Positions 48,982 to 61,450 of a stretch of 64,000 nt of DNA are shown piece by piece. The position numbers were made by a program, and so were the translations under genes. Under the pieces are notes generated by a model. The model ran no database searches and was not told the DNA's origin. It saw only the letters and a list, made by a program, of their open reading frames with translations. Each line of letters begins with the position of its first letter. Positions within the stretch are counted from its first letter, which is position 1. Origin of the DNA: Pristiophorus japonicus (lineage: Eukaryota); assembly GCF_044704955.1 (NCBI RefSeq), contig NC_091997.1:64790001-64854000 (forward strand), written 5' to 3'.

Positions 48982-50015
48982 GGGGCCCAAGTTTCCGCCC
49001 TCTGTAAAAACAGCACACCTCCGTAAGGTGCGGCAACTTTCTGGAATAAAAAGGGCACCGAAGACTTACCTTGTGATTCTCTGAGCTCCTCAGGACGTAT
49101 TCAGCCTCAGCGTGGCGCAGCACAAGGGGCCGGGAGTGGAGCCAGGTCCCAGCGCAGAAAACAGTGCCGGGGCCTCTGCACATGCGCGTTAGAGTGTGCA
49201 CGCATGTGCAGTAGCTCCTCGCAGCCCAACACGCTGCAGTTCAGCCTCCGTTCAGCCTCCCCCCTCCTCCCTCCCATTCAGCCTCCCTCCCTCCCTCCCG
49301 TTCATCCTCCCCCCTCTCCTTCCCGTTCAACCTTCGTTCATCCTCACCCCCTCCCATTCAGCCTCCTCCCCCTCCCTCCCGTTCAGCTCTTCCCCCTCCT
49401 CCCCCTATTCACCCCCCTCCTTCCTCCTCCCTCCCTCCCCCCTCTCTCCCCCCACCCCTCGCTGTCAGAAACACAGAGAGACAGTGACAGAGACAGAGAA
49501 AGAGGCACTTTGGGGGCATCCCAGCACACTGTTGGAGGGCTCCCAGTGCTGCAGTCGTGAGTAGAAACTTAATTTTTCATTTATTGATTGATTTTTTATT
49601 ATTTTTTTTATTTTTATTTTTTTAGATTGATTTATTGGTTGATTTATTGATTTATTTATCATTTATTATTGATGATGGCTCTTTATTTGTAAAAGTGAAG
49701 TGTTTAATGCTTGTAAACTTACCTCCGCCCCCCCCCGCCCATCTCTCGTTCCCTACGCCTGATTTATAAGTGTAGGCAAGGTTTTTCTGAGCGTACAAAA
49801 ATCTACACTTACTCCATTCTAAGTTACTTTGGAGTAAGTTTTCGCTGCCTAAACTTTCAAAACAGGCATAAGTTGCTGGTAACACCCCCTTTTGAAAATA
49901 AAAAACTGTTCTAAAACGAAACTATTCTAACTCAGTAGAATTGGAGCAAACTAAATGCCGAGAATTGCAATTTCTAAGATACTCCAGGAGCAACTCGAGT
50001 CAAAACTTGAGCCAT
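48982..50015. mobile_element. Non-autonomous Harbinger-like element (1.0 kb), inverted relative of 39444-41336
   Basis: TIRs GGGGCCCAAGTTT / AAACTTGAGCC; likely 3-bp TSD CAT; about 550 bp shared in reverse with 39444-40030. Confidence 0.82.
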
Positions 50016-50134
50016 CATGATCTCTAATAGGCCCTACCCTTTCTTTAGTTACCCTCTTACTCTTAATATATTTATAGAACATCTTAGGGTTTTCCTTAAT
50101 TTTACTGGCCAAGAATTTCTCGTGCTCTCTCTTA

Positions 50135-50995
50135 AGACTGAGATGAGGTGGAAATTCTTTACTGAGAGGGTTGTTAATCTTTGGAATTCTCTCTAAAAAT
50201 GCTGTGGATGCTGAATCGTAGAGTATATTCAAGACAGAGATCGATAGATTTTTGGACTCTAGGGGAATCAGTGATATAGGGATCAGGTGTCCCTGTACGC
50301 GAGTCACTGAAAGTTAACGTGCAGGTACAGCAAGCAATTCAGAAAGCAAATGGTATGTTGGCCTTTATTACAGGAGGATTTGAGTATAAGAGTAAAGACG
50401 TCTTACTGCTTTAGGGCCCTGGTGAGACCACACCTGGAGTATTGTGTACCGTTCTGGTCTCCTTACCTAAGGAAGGATATACTTGCCGTAGAGAGAGTGC
50501 AATGAAGGTTCACCAGACTGATTCCTGGGATGGGGGGATTGTCCTATGAGAAGAGATTGAGTAGACTGGGCCTATATTCCCTAGAGTTTAGAAGAATGAG
50601 AGGTGATCTCATTGAAACATACAACATTCTTACAAGGCTTGACAGGGTAGATGCAGGGAGGATATTTCCCCCGGGCTGGGGAGTCTAGAACCAGGGGTCA
50701 CAGTCTCAGGATAAGGGGTCGGCCATTCAGGACTGAGATGAGGAGGAATTTCTTCACTCAGAGGGTGGTGAATCTTTGGAATTCTCTGCCCCAGAGGGCT
50801 GTGGAGGCTCAGTCGTTGAGTATATTCAAGGCTGAGATCGCTAGATTTTTGGATATTAAGGGAATCGAGGGATATGGGGATAGTGCAGGAAAGTGGAGTT
50901 GAGGTCGAAGATCAGTCATGATCTTATTGAATGGTGGATCAGGCTCGAGGGGCCGAATGGCCGACTCCTGCTCCTAATTCTTATGTTCTTATGTT
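50135..50995 (+). mobile_element. Two adjacent CR1 3' fragments (50135-50290 and 50300-50995)
   Basis: ORF 50651-50902: RTRGHSLRIRGRPFRTEMRRNFFTQRVVNLWNSLP; tail TTCTTATG. Confidence 0.85.
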
Positions 50996-51689
50996 CACCA
51001 GCTGGAATGTGTATGTCAGGTGAGGTTGGGACCGGGCTTGCTGGTGTTGGCCTTCATGGTGGAAAGGCCTGCTGTAACTCGCTATCTAACGCGATGGCCA
51101 GTTGGGAGAGGTATCACACGGCGAGAGTGAAAGCCTTCAGCAAAGACGGGGAAGCCAGGGAATGAATCGCTCGCTATGCACTGCGACTGTGCTCCAGGGG
51201 CGGCTTGGTTACATTTGGCTGCGTCGGCTTTGCCTGATCACAGAAACCTGAAGCCAATGTTATCGTTGTACATCTGCTGGGAACATGCTTATCATTATGA
51301 ATCTTAGCATGTAAATGTGACTGTAGAAATATAGCTGCCTGCCAGGATTCTGCAATGTTAACAAAGATGTCTCTTCCATTATGAATGACACTGGTTCATA
51401 TTTTCTCCTCATACAGGATCAATTATGCAAAGGCCAGACATGTTTGAAAAGCTGAAGTGTTTTGTGTGTCAATACAGAAATGGAGATCAAGTGAGGGGAA
51501 AGCTGGTGCTCATTAAGACCACAGGTGCTCTCTTTGTGCTCAATAATACGGTGGTCCTACATGTGTGTTGGTGAGTCTTTCTGTGCGTCTGTGTATCTGC
51601 GTGTCCGTCTCTCCCTGTGACACTGTATATCTGTGTGTGTGTTTCTTGACTGTCCTTGTATGTGTATTTTTCTGTGTCTTGAACTTCCC

Positions 51690-52432
51690 TCATTATAATC
51701 GCTCAACCACTGGGGGGCCGTGCCTTCTGCTGCCTGAGCCCCAAGCTCTGGAACACCCTCCCTAAACCTCTCTGCCTCTCTACCTTGCTTTGGAGGCAGT
51801 TCAGAGAAGGTTCACTAGGTCGATTCCGGAGATGAGGGGGTTGACTTATGAGAAAAGGTTGGGCCTCTACTCATTGCAATTCAGAAGGTGATCTTATCGA
51901 AGTGTATAAGATTATGAGGGGGCTCGACAAGGTGGATGCAGAGAGGATGTTTCCATTGATGGGGGAGACTAGAACTAGAGGGCATGATCTTAGAATAAGG
52001 GGCCGCCCATTTAAAACTATGAGGAGAAATTTCTTCTCTCAGAGGGTTGTAAATCTGTGGAATTCGCTGCCTCAGAGAGCTGTGGAAGCTGGAACGTTGA
52101 ATAAATTTAAGACAGAGATAGTTTCTTAAACGATAAGGGAATAAGGGGTTATGGGGAGCGGGCAGGGAAGTGGACCTTAGTCCATGATCAGATCAGCCAC
52201 GATCGTATTAAATGGCGGAGCAGGCTCGAGGGGCTGTGTGACCTACTCCTTATGTTCTTATCTACCTCTCTTTCCTCCTTCAAGACGCTCATTAAAACCT
52301 ACCTCTCTGGCCAAGCTTTTGGTCACCAGCGCTAATTTCTACTTATGCGGCTCGGTGTCAAACTTATATCGCACAATACTCCAGTTTCACTACGTTAAAG
52401 GCGCTATGTAAGTGCAAGTTGTTGTTTTTGTT
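51690..52432 (+). mobile_element. L2 3' fragment split by a CR1 3' fragment (51787-52260)
   Basis: L2 sequence CCTCTCTACC resumes at 52261; CR1 ORF at 51848-52129. Confidence 0.8.
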
Positions 52433-52844
52433 GTCAAGGGCGTGACCTGCTCCAGAAGCAGCTGCTGAGAGAGCCAGACTGGAAGAGTATGTGTTTGCCT
52501 GTAACGGAGTGCATACTCTCTCCTGATACAGACGTGGCCCCACCCCCACCCCCGATCCCCACCCCCGACCCCCAAAGAACTTAAGCACAGGTTGGCTACA
52601 GTGTGGGTATGATGCCGGATTTAACTCGCTAAACCACAAAGATTAGGTAGCAGAGGGCAGAGCTAAGCTCCCTACTGCTTGCCCAGCTACAGCCACCCAG
52701 TATGTTTAAGGGAGCTGGCTTGCATGGGCTTTACAAAAACTGGCCAACACTTTGAGTACAGAATTAATTGGTGTTTGGGGATATTTATTTCTAAGCTTTT
52801 TTCTCAGCCATGCTGTCAGTTGGTGATGGGCTCTTGTGTTAATA

Positions 52845-53530
52845 ATCTAGAATCTTATACGTTTCAATAAGATCACCTCTCATTCTTCTAAACTCCAATG
52901 TACAAACCCAACCTGCTCAACCTTTCTTCATAAGTGGATAACCTTGCCCACTCACTCACCTATTTTTATCCTTTTGCAGATTCTTTGCATCCTCCTCACA
53001 ACTTGCTTTCCCACCTATTTTTGTATCCTTAGCAAATTTGGCTACATTACACTGAGTCCTTTCATCCAAGTCATTAATATAGACTGTAAATAGTTGGGGT
53101 CCCAGCACTGATCCCTGCAGCACCCCACTAGTTACAGTTTGTCAACCTGAAAATGACCCATTTATCCCGACTCGCTGTTTTCTGTTAGTTCTCTATCCTC
53201 TATCCATGCTAATATATTACCCTCAACCCCGTGAGCTCTTATCTGGTACAGTAACCTTTTATGTGGCACCTTATCTAATGCCTTCCAAAAACCTAAATAC
53301 ACGACATCTACTGGTTCCCCTTTATCCACCCTGCTCATTACATCCTCAAAGAACTCCAGCAAATTTGTCAAACATGATTTCCCTTTGATAAAAACGTGCT
53401 GACTCTGCCAGACTGAATTATGCTTTTTTAAATGTCCTGCTACTGTTTCCTTAATAATGGACTCCAGCATTTTCCTGACAGATGTTTGGCTAACTGGTCT
53501 ATAGTTTCCTGCTTTCTGTCTCCCTCCTGA
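52845..53530 (-). mobile_element. Decayed CR1 RT fragment
   Basis: ORF 53162-53557: [32 protein letters not shown]. Confidence 0.85.
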
Positions 53531-53849
53531 TGTGTTCTTTCCATTGGCCACATCCATTTATTTCAATATAATAATCTGTTCTCAACTTTAATCTCCTGAA
53601 TAAAATTCTGAAATTCTGAAGCAAAAGCTAGACCATTTGCCCATCCATCTTCTGAGCAGCAATACTCAATTCCAGTATGCTGATTTCATATTAGTATCTT
53701 CTTGTGTTGGTGATGCATTACATCGCTGATACCATACATTTCCTGTTTTGGGAATATCTCCCTGCACAGTGAATGAATGCACAACCTGCTCTGAAAAAGT
53801 TGGAAATAGAAGGAAAGAATGAGGGAGAAAAAAACATGTCAAAATTAGA

Positions 53850-55118
53850 AGAAAGAAAAGAAAGACTTGCACTTATATAGCGCCTTTCACAACCACTGGA
53901 CGTCCCAAAGCGCTTTACAGTCAATGAAGTACTTTTGGAGTGTAGTCACTGTTGTAATGTGGGAAACGCGGCAGCCAATTTGCACACAGCAAGCTCCCAC
54001 ACACAGCAATGTGATAATAACCGGATAATGTTTTAGTGATGTTGATTGAAGCATGAATATTGGCCCCAGATCACTGGGGAGAACTCCCCTGCTCTTCTTC
54101 GAAATACTGCCATAGGATCTTTAACATTCTCCTGAGGGAGCAGACGGGGCCTCGGTGTAACATCTCAGCCAAAAGAAAGCACCTCCAACAAGCGACGCTC
54201 CCTCAGTGCTGCTCCTCTGTCAGTGCGGGGTTCCTTCAGTACTGCCCCTCTGACAGTGCGGCGCTCCCTCAGTACGGCCCCTCCGACAGTGTGGCGCTCC
54301 CTCAGTACAGCCCCTCCGACAGTGCGGCACTCCCTCAGTACTGCCCCTCCGACAGTGCGGCGCTCCCTTAGTACTGCACCTCCGACAGTGCGGCGCTCCC
54401 TCAGTACGGCCCCTCCGACAGTGCGGCACTCCCTCAGTACTGCCCCTCCGACAGTGCGGCGCTCCCTCAGCACTGCCCCTCCGACAGTGCGGCGCTCCCT
54501 CAGTACTGCCCCTCCGACAGTGCGGCGCTCCCTCAGTACTGCCCCTCCGACAGTGCGGCGCTCCCTCAGTACCGCCCCTCCGACAGTGCGGCGCTCCCTC
54601 GGTACTGCCCCTCCGACAGTGCGGCGCTCCCTCAGCACTGCCCCTCCGACAGTGCGCCGCTCCCTCAGCACTGCCCCTCCGACAGTGCGGCGCTCCCTCA
54701 GCAGTGCCCCTCCGACAGTGCGGAGCTCCCTCAGCACTGCCCCTCCGACAGTGCGGCGCTCCCTCAGCACTGCCCCTCCGACAGTGCGGCGCTCCCTCAG
54801 CACTGCCCCTCCGACAGTGCGGCGCTCCCTCAGCACTGCCCCTCCGACAGTGCGACGATCTCTCAGCACTGCCCCTCCGACAGTCCGGCGCTCCCTCAGC
54901 ACTGCCCCTCCGACAGTCTGGCGCTCCCTCAGTATTGTCCCTCCGACAGTGCGGCGCTCCCTCAGTACTGCCCCTCCGACAGTGCGGCGCTCCCTCAGCA
55001 CTGCACTGGGAGCGTCAGCCTGGATGTCGTGCTCAAGTCTCTGGAGTGGGACTTGAACCCATGACCGTTTGACTCAGAGGTGAGATTGCTACCCGCTGAG
55101 CCAATGGTTGACACACTG
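53850..55118 (-). mobile_element. Complete SacSINE1/Deu-like SINE containing about 23 copies of the 33-bp repeat (54230-55005)
   Basis: Tail (AAGA)n at 53850, body to 54200, array, then tRNA-like head at 55005-55118. Confidence 0.85.
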
Positions 55119-56514
55119 GCTGAAAGAGAAAGTGAGAGAAAATTTACAAGGAAGGAAAAGACTTGCATTTCTATAGCGCCTTTCACGACCACTAGACGTC
55201 TGAAAGTACTTTACAGCCAATGAAGTACCTTTGGAAGTGTAGTCACTTGTATTGTGGGAGAGGAAGGGAGCGAGTAGGTGCTGGGGGGGAGCAGTGTGAG
55301 AGAGTAATAGATCAGTTCCTAACTGTGTCCTGCTCAGCAAATCTTGCACAGCTGTGTTGCCCTGGGACCGAGAGCCTCACTAAGATTAAACGTGTTCTCA
55401 GAATGGCTGAGCAGCAGAAGTCTGCACGAGAACGCCTTCTCTCAATCCCGACATCCCACATCTCTCTGCCTGTCCCACTCCCTACATTGTGTTGGTGTAA
55501 TTAATCAGCAGGAATTGGCAAAATTAGCAACATAAACACGTTTTTTTTGCGCTAATCCATTAATATTACATTGTTTGAAGAGAAAATCTACATTTGAATG
55601 ATTAATACCTTGACGGGCAATGTTTGAGTTTTCTAGCCTGCAGAGCTTTTCCATAATCTAATGATTGAATTGCTGCCTCTTGAATGCCCAAAAGTAAAAA
55701 TTCCCTGAATATATAGATGTCTGAAGTCTGTCACAGATTGATCGGTGATCTGATATATTAATGTTCAACAGCCTGCCCTGCCTCATATTAACGATGAAAT
55801 GATGGATCGAACCTGGCAATGTTATTCCATACAGCTCCATTAATTCATCTTAATTCTGAATTAATCTGCATACAGCAACAGCGCACCAGTGATGGAATAG
55901 CCTTCAGTGCGAGAGATTTTCGTTTTACACGTTTTATATTTGTTGAGTAATGGGGCCATCCGTCAGTCTGACACACAGTGATGGAAACCAGGTCAATGTT
56001 TGTCAAAATGGGGCGGTGTTGTGGGGGGGAGGTTAAGATCCAGTTTCTCCAACTGTGGCGGAGATTACGGTTTGAACACCTTCGAAAGCTCGTCAACTTG
56101 AGGTCCCCGCTTAGGAATCAACCTGTTCGATGCGAGGTATGGCAGTGGTTATTCAGTCATTGAGAAAAGCGGCCACAGACAAACAGCATGCAAGCATCAA
56201 ATCTGGGACACTGGGTGGTGCTGTGGGTCACACACACACTGACGTTCCACCTCTCGGACCTGGCTCCCAATACAGGCCAGAAAAGGCAGGTTCAAAGTCC
56301 TCTTCATCTGCTGGCTGCAATCTTTCTACGTGAATTAGGTTTGGGCAGTCTCAATCGAGCTCCCAATGTGCATGGGTCCACATTGCACAACTCCCAGTGA
56401 GGCTGTACTTCCAGAGCAAGGCCTTGTGGACGGAAGTTGGAGATAAATTGAAACCCCACAGGACCAGCTGGTGGCGAGGAGCCCTCTTGCTCGGAGAACA
56501 GGCGAAACACTGGC

Positions 56515-56705
56515 CACAGAGGATGGTGGAGGCAGACTCAATCATGGCTTTCAAAAGGGGGTTGGATAAGTACCTGAAGGAAAAACATTTATCAGGCTAC
56601 AGGGAAAGGGCGGGGGAGTGGGACTGGCTGAGGTGCTCTTGCAGAGAGCCGGCACGGGCTCGACGGGCCGAATGGTCTCCTTCTGTGCTGTAACCGTTCT
56701 ATGCT
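56515..56705 (+). mobile_element. CR1 3' terminal fragment
   Basis: VEADSIMAFKRGLDKYLKEK; same family as 3077-3555. Confidence 0.85.
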
Positions 56706-56715
56706 TCTACGACTT

Positions 56716-59655
56716 GTGCTGTACCTGCCCTGGGAGTGTTTGATGGGACAGTGTAGAGGGAGCTTTACTCTGTATCTAACCCCGTGCTGTACCTGCCCTG
56801 GGAGTGTTTGATGGGACAGTGTAGAGGGAGCTTTACTCTGTATCTAACCCCGTGCTGTACCTGCCCTGGGAGTGTTTGATGGGACAGTGTAGAGGGAGCT
56901 TTACTCTGTATCTAACCCGTGCTGTACCTGCCCTGGGAGTGTTTGATGGGACAGTGTAGAGGGAGCTTTACTCTGTATCTAAGCCCATGCTGTACCTGCC
57001 CTGGGAGTGTTTGATGGGACAGTGTAGAGGGAGCTTTACTCTGTATCTAACCCGTGCTGTACCTGCCCTGGGAGTGTTTGATGGGACAGTGTAGTGGGAG
57101 CTTTACTCTGTATCTAACCCGTGCTGTACCTGCCCTGGGAGTGTTTGATGGGACAGTGTAGAGGGAGCTTTACTCTGTATCTAACCCGTGCTGTACCTGC
57201 CCTGGGAGTGTTTGATGGGACAGTGTAGAGGGAGCTTTACTCTGTATCTAACCCGTGCTGTACCTGCCCTGGGAGTGTTTGATGGGACAGTGTAGAGGGA
57301 GCTTTACTCTGTATCTAACCCCGTGCTGTACCTGCCCTGGGAGTGTTTGATGGGACAGTGTAGAGGGAGCTTTACTCTGTATCTAACCCCCTGTACCTGC
57401 CCTGGGAGTGTTTGATGGGACAGTGTAGAGGGAGCTTTACTCTGTATCTAACCCGTGCTGTACCTGCCCTGGGAGTGTTTGATGGAACAGTGTAGTGGGA
57501 GCTTTACTCTGTATCTAACCCCCTGTACCTGCCCTGGGAGTGTTTGATGGGACAGTGTAGTGGGAGCTTTACTCTGTATCTAACCCCGTGCTGTACCTGC
57601 CCTGGGAGTGTTTGATGGGACAGTGTAGAGGGAGCTTTACTCTGTATCTAACCCCGTGCTGTACCTGCCCTGGGAGTGTTTGATGGGACAGTGTAGAGGG
57701 AGCTTTACTCTGTATCTAACCCGTGCTGTACCTGCCCTGGGAGTGTTTGATGGAACAGTGTAGAGGGAACTTTACTCTGTACCTCACCCCATGCTGTACC
57801 TGCCCTGGGAGTGTTTGATGGAACAGTATCTAGGGAGCTTTACTCTGTATCTAATCCCGTGCTGTACCTGCCCTGGGAGTGCTTGATGAGACGGTGTAGA
57901 GGGTGCTTTATTTTGTATCTAACCCGTGCTGTACAGAGATGTACAATTGTTGAAGTTCATCCATGTGGTCTTTAAATGTTTGCCATTGCCTATCCACCGT
58001 CAACACTTTAAGTATCATTTGCCAGTCTATCCTAGCCAATTCACGTCTCATACCATCGAAGTTACCTTTCTTTAAGTTCAGTCTCTGAATTAACTGTGTC
58101 ACTCTCCATCTTAATGAAGAATTCTACCATATTATGGTCACTCCTCCCCAAGGGGCCTCGCACAACAAGATTGCTAATTAATCCTCTCTCATTACACAAG
58201 ACCCAGTCTAGGATGGCCTGCTCTCTAGTTGGTTCCTCAACATATTTGTCTAGAAAACCATCCCTTATACATTCCAGCTATTTACAATATACATTAATGA
58301 TTTGGACGAAGGAATTGAATGTAATATCTCCAAGTTTGCAAATGACACTAAGCTGGGTGGCAGTGTGAGCTGTGAGGAGGATGCTAAGCGGCTGCAGGGT
58401 GACTTGGACAGGTTAGGTGAGTGGGCAAATGTATGGCAGATGCAGTATAATGTGGATAAATGTGAGGTTATCCACTTTGGTGGCAAAAACAGGAAGGCAG
58501 AATATTATGTGAATGGTGACAGATTAGGCAAAGGGGAGGTGCAATGAGACCTGGGTGTCATGTATATCAGTCATTGAAAGTTGGCATGTAGGTACAGCAG
58601 GCAGTGAAGAAAGCAAATGGTATGTTGGCCTTCATAGCGAGGGGATTTGAGTATAGGAGCAGGGAGGTCTTACTGCAGTTGTACAGGACCTTGGTGAGAC
58701 CTCACCTTGAATATTGTGTTCAGTTTTGGTCTCCTAATCTGAAGAAGGACATTCTTGCTATTGAGGGAGTGCAGCGAAGGTTCACCAGACTGATTCCCGG
58801 GATGGCAGGACTGACATATGAAGAAAGACTGGATCAACTAGGCTTATATTCACTTGAGTTTAGAAGAATGAGAGGGGATCTCATAGAAACATATAAAATT
58901 CTGATGGGATTGGACAGGTTAGATGCAGGAAGAATGTTCCTGATGTTGGGGAGTTCCAGAAACAGGGGTCACAATCAAAGGATAAGGGGTAAGCCATTTA
59001 GGACCGAGATGAGGAGAAACTTCTTCACTCAGAGAATTGTGAACCTGTGGAATTCTCTGCCACAGAAAGTTGTTGAGGCCAGTTCGTTAGATATATTCAA
59101 AAGGGAGTTAGATCTGGCCCTTATGGCTAAAGGGATCAAGGGGTATGGAGAGAAAGCAGGAATGGGGTACTGAAGTTGCATGATCAGCCATGATCATATT
59201 GAATGGTGCAGGCTCGAAGGGCCAAATGGCCTACTCCTGCACTTATTGTCTATGTTTTCTATGTTTCTATGTACCTGCCCTGGGAGTGTTTGATGGGACA
59301 GTGTAGAGGGAGCTTTACTCTGTATCTAACCCCATGCTGTACCTGCCCTGGGAGTGTTTGATGGGACAGTGTAGAGGGAGCTTTACTCTGTATCTAACCC
59401 CGTGCTGTACCTGTCCTGGGAGTGTTTGATGGGACAGTGTAGAGGGAGCTTTACTCTGTATCTAACCCCGTGCTGTACCTGCCCTGGGAGTGTTTGATGG
59501 GACAGTATAGAGGGAGCTTTACTCTGTATCTAACCCCGTGCTGTACCTGCCCTGGGAGTGTTTGATGGGACCGTGTAGAGGGAGCTTTACTCTGTATCTA
59601 ACCCCGTGCTGTACCTGCCCTGGGAGTGTTTGATGGGACCGTGTAGAGGGAGCTT
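56716..59655. repeat. 67-68-bp minisatellite array (about 18 + 6 copies), split by a CR1 at 57935-59269
   Basis: Same unit as 8188-8690; resumes in register after the CR1 tail. Confidence 0.95.
57935..59269 (+). mobile_element. CR1 insertion with an inverted 5' segment (57935-58273 minus strand, 58274-59269 plus strand)
   Basis: Minus part encodes the post-endonuclease region (LNLKKGNFDGMRRELARIDW); plus part runs KFANDTK through GYGEKAGMGY to the tail; flanked by TGTAC. Confidence 0.85.
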
Positions 59656-60607
59656 CAGGCCTATTGAGGTTTGCTTACCATGTGTGCCTCCCAATTTCTG
59701 AGGTATTATTTCAACATTAACAGACCTTGATGCTTTGTTAAAAAGAGACTGACCTTAAATCAGTTACCAAAATGAAGGTCCCTGCTTAGCATGCCAGCAA
59801 CATGATTGTACTTCATTTCTATTCCAAGCGTGTTCCTGCTGATTACTATGCCGAAAACGTATTGAAAATTTCTGAAATATATCCCAATTTCTAAATGTAA
59901 ATAGAGAAGGTCTCACTTAACTTGGTCAGAAGAAAACCTTGATATAATAATTCCAATCCCCTAATTCACTCAGCATATAACTGAATCAACTAATATTCCC
60001 ATTTACTGTTAATTGAATTACAGAGCACCTCTGCAGTAAGACTCCCATTGTTTAAGGGAGCTCCAGAATGCACTTCATGGATCAATGGGCCAGTGCCTCC
60101 AGTGCTGAAGTGTTTAATCTCTGTCTGCACACTCAGTGAGTTCCCTTAATTACACTTTTTAAAAAGTGATCATTCCTGTGATAATTCCATTTCTCCCTGC
60201 CCCTGATCAGCTCAGCAGCTCGAAGTTCCCTCTCTCTGCTCCCAAAGTTAATTTCCTCAAGTTGATTTTTGTTTCATGCCAGTGATTGGCTCTGCAGCCC
60301 TTTCAGTCTCGGTGTTGCCATGATCCTGCTTGTGCTCCGCTATGCTGCTTTGGCTGATTGACAGGTCTGTGCCCAACTTACATTGCGTAACTAAATGCAC
60401 TTTGCAAAGTGCGAGAGGTTCGGAGTTCACCCGAAGGTCAATTATGTGCATTTGGTCAAGAGACGCAATGTGTCTGGCTGCTGATGTCACTCGATGTCCA
60501 GGGCGACGACTCAAGTCCAGAACAACATGGCAGCTACTGGCATCCAGTATCGCGGGCGGTGGCTCTCAAGCGATAAAAACTTAATCATTCCATAAATGTA
60601 AGTGCAA

Positions 60608-60955
60608 AGCCTAGGCTGACACTCCAGTGCAGTGCTGAGGGAGTGCTGCACTGTCAGAGGTACCGTCTTTCGGATGAGACGTTAAACCGAGGCCCTGTCT
60701 GCTCTCTCAGGTGGCGTATTAGAGGAGCAGAGGAGTTATCCCTGGTGTCCTGGGCAATATTTATCCCTCAATCAATACCTAAAACAGATTATCCAGCAAT
60801 TATCGCCGGAGTTTGTGGAAGCTTGCTGTGTGCAAATTGGCTGCCGTGTTTCCTACATTACAACAGTGACAACACTTCGAAAGTACTTTATTGGCTGTAA
60901 ATTGCTTTGGGATGTCCTGAGGTGAAAGGGGTTATATAAATGTAAGTCTTTCTAT
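60608..60955 (+). mobile_element. SacSINE1/Deu-like SINE without repeat expansion
   Basis: Single CAGTGCAGTGCTGAGGGAGTGCTGCACTGTCAGAGG, then CCGTCTTTCGGATGAGACGTTAAACCGAGG body and tail. Confidence 0.8.
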
Positions 60956-61450
60956 CTTCTGATGATTACTGGTGACCTGAACACACGGAAGGGAATCTTA
61001 ACTCAATCCAGCTTGAGTTCCTCATTAAGTTTCTTCCAAAACGTTTTCCAATGAGCCTTCAGGAGCAGCGTGGAATTTGGCACAAGGTAGTGACCTTGGC
61101 TAAACAAAGTGATTTGGATCAAATAATTACTTCTATTTCACATGTAGTATTTCTTACAGTAATATTTCAAGAAGCACCAGCACAACTTTGGCCGGTTGCA
61201 TAAGCCAGGTGCAAGTGGATAAATAGGTTTTTGTATCACACCTGTGGTGACTACCCCTTTAATACTCGAGAAAATTCATCCATATTCACATCTTCCAAAC
61301 TTCTACCCCCAGAAGGACAAGGGCAGCAGGTGCATGGGAACACCACCACCTCCACGTTCCCCTCCCAGTCACACACCATCCTGACTTGGAAATATATCGG
61401 CCGTTCCTTCATCGTCGCTGGGTCACAATCCTGGAACTCCCTCCCTAACA

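Larger units (their letters stand above)
46165..50130 (-). mobile_element. Long CR1 (RT domain plus extended 3' UTR), interrupted by a CR1 (46268-47000) and a MITE (48982-50015)
   Basis: ORF 47469-48725 is an RT ([33 protein letters not shown]); upstream part KENPKMFYKYIKSKR near 50020-50130; tail at 46165. Confidence 0.9.
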
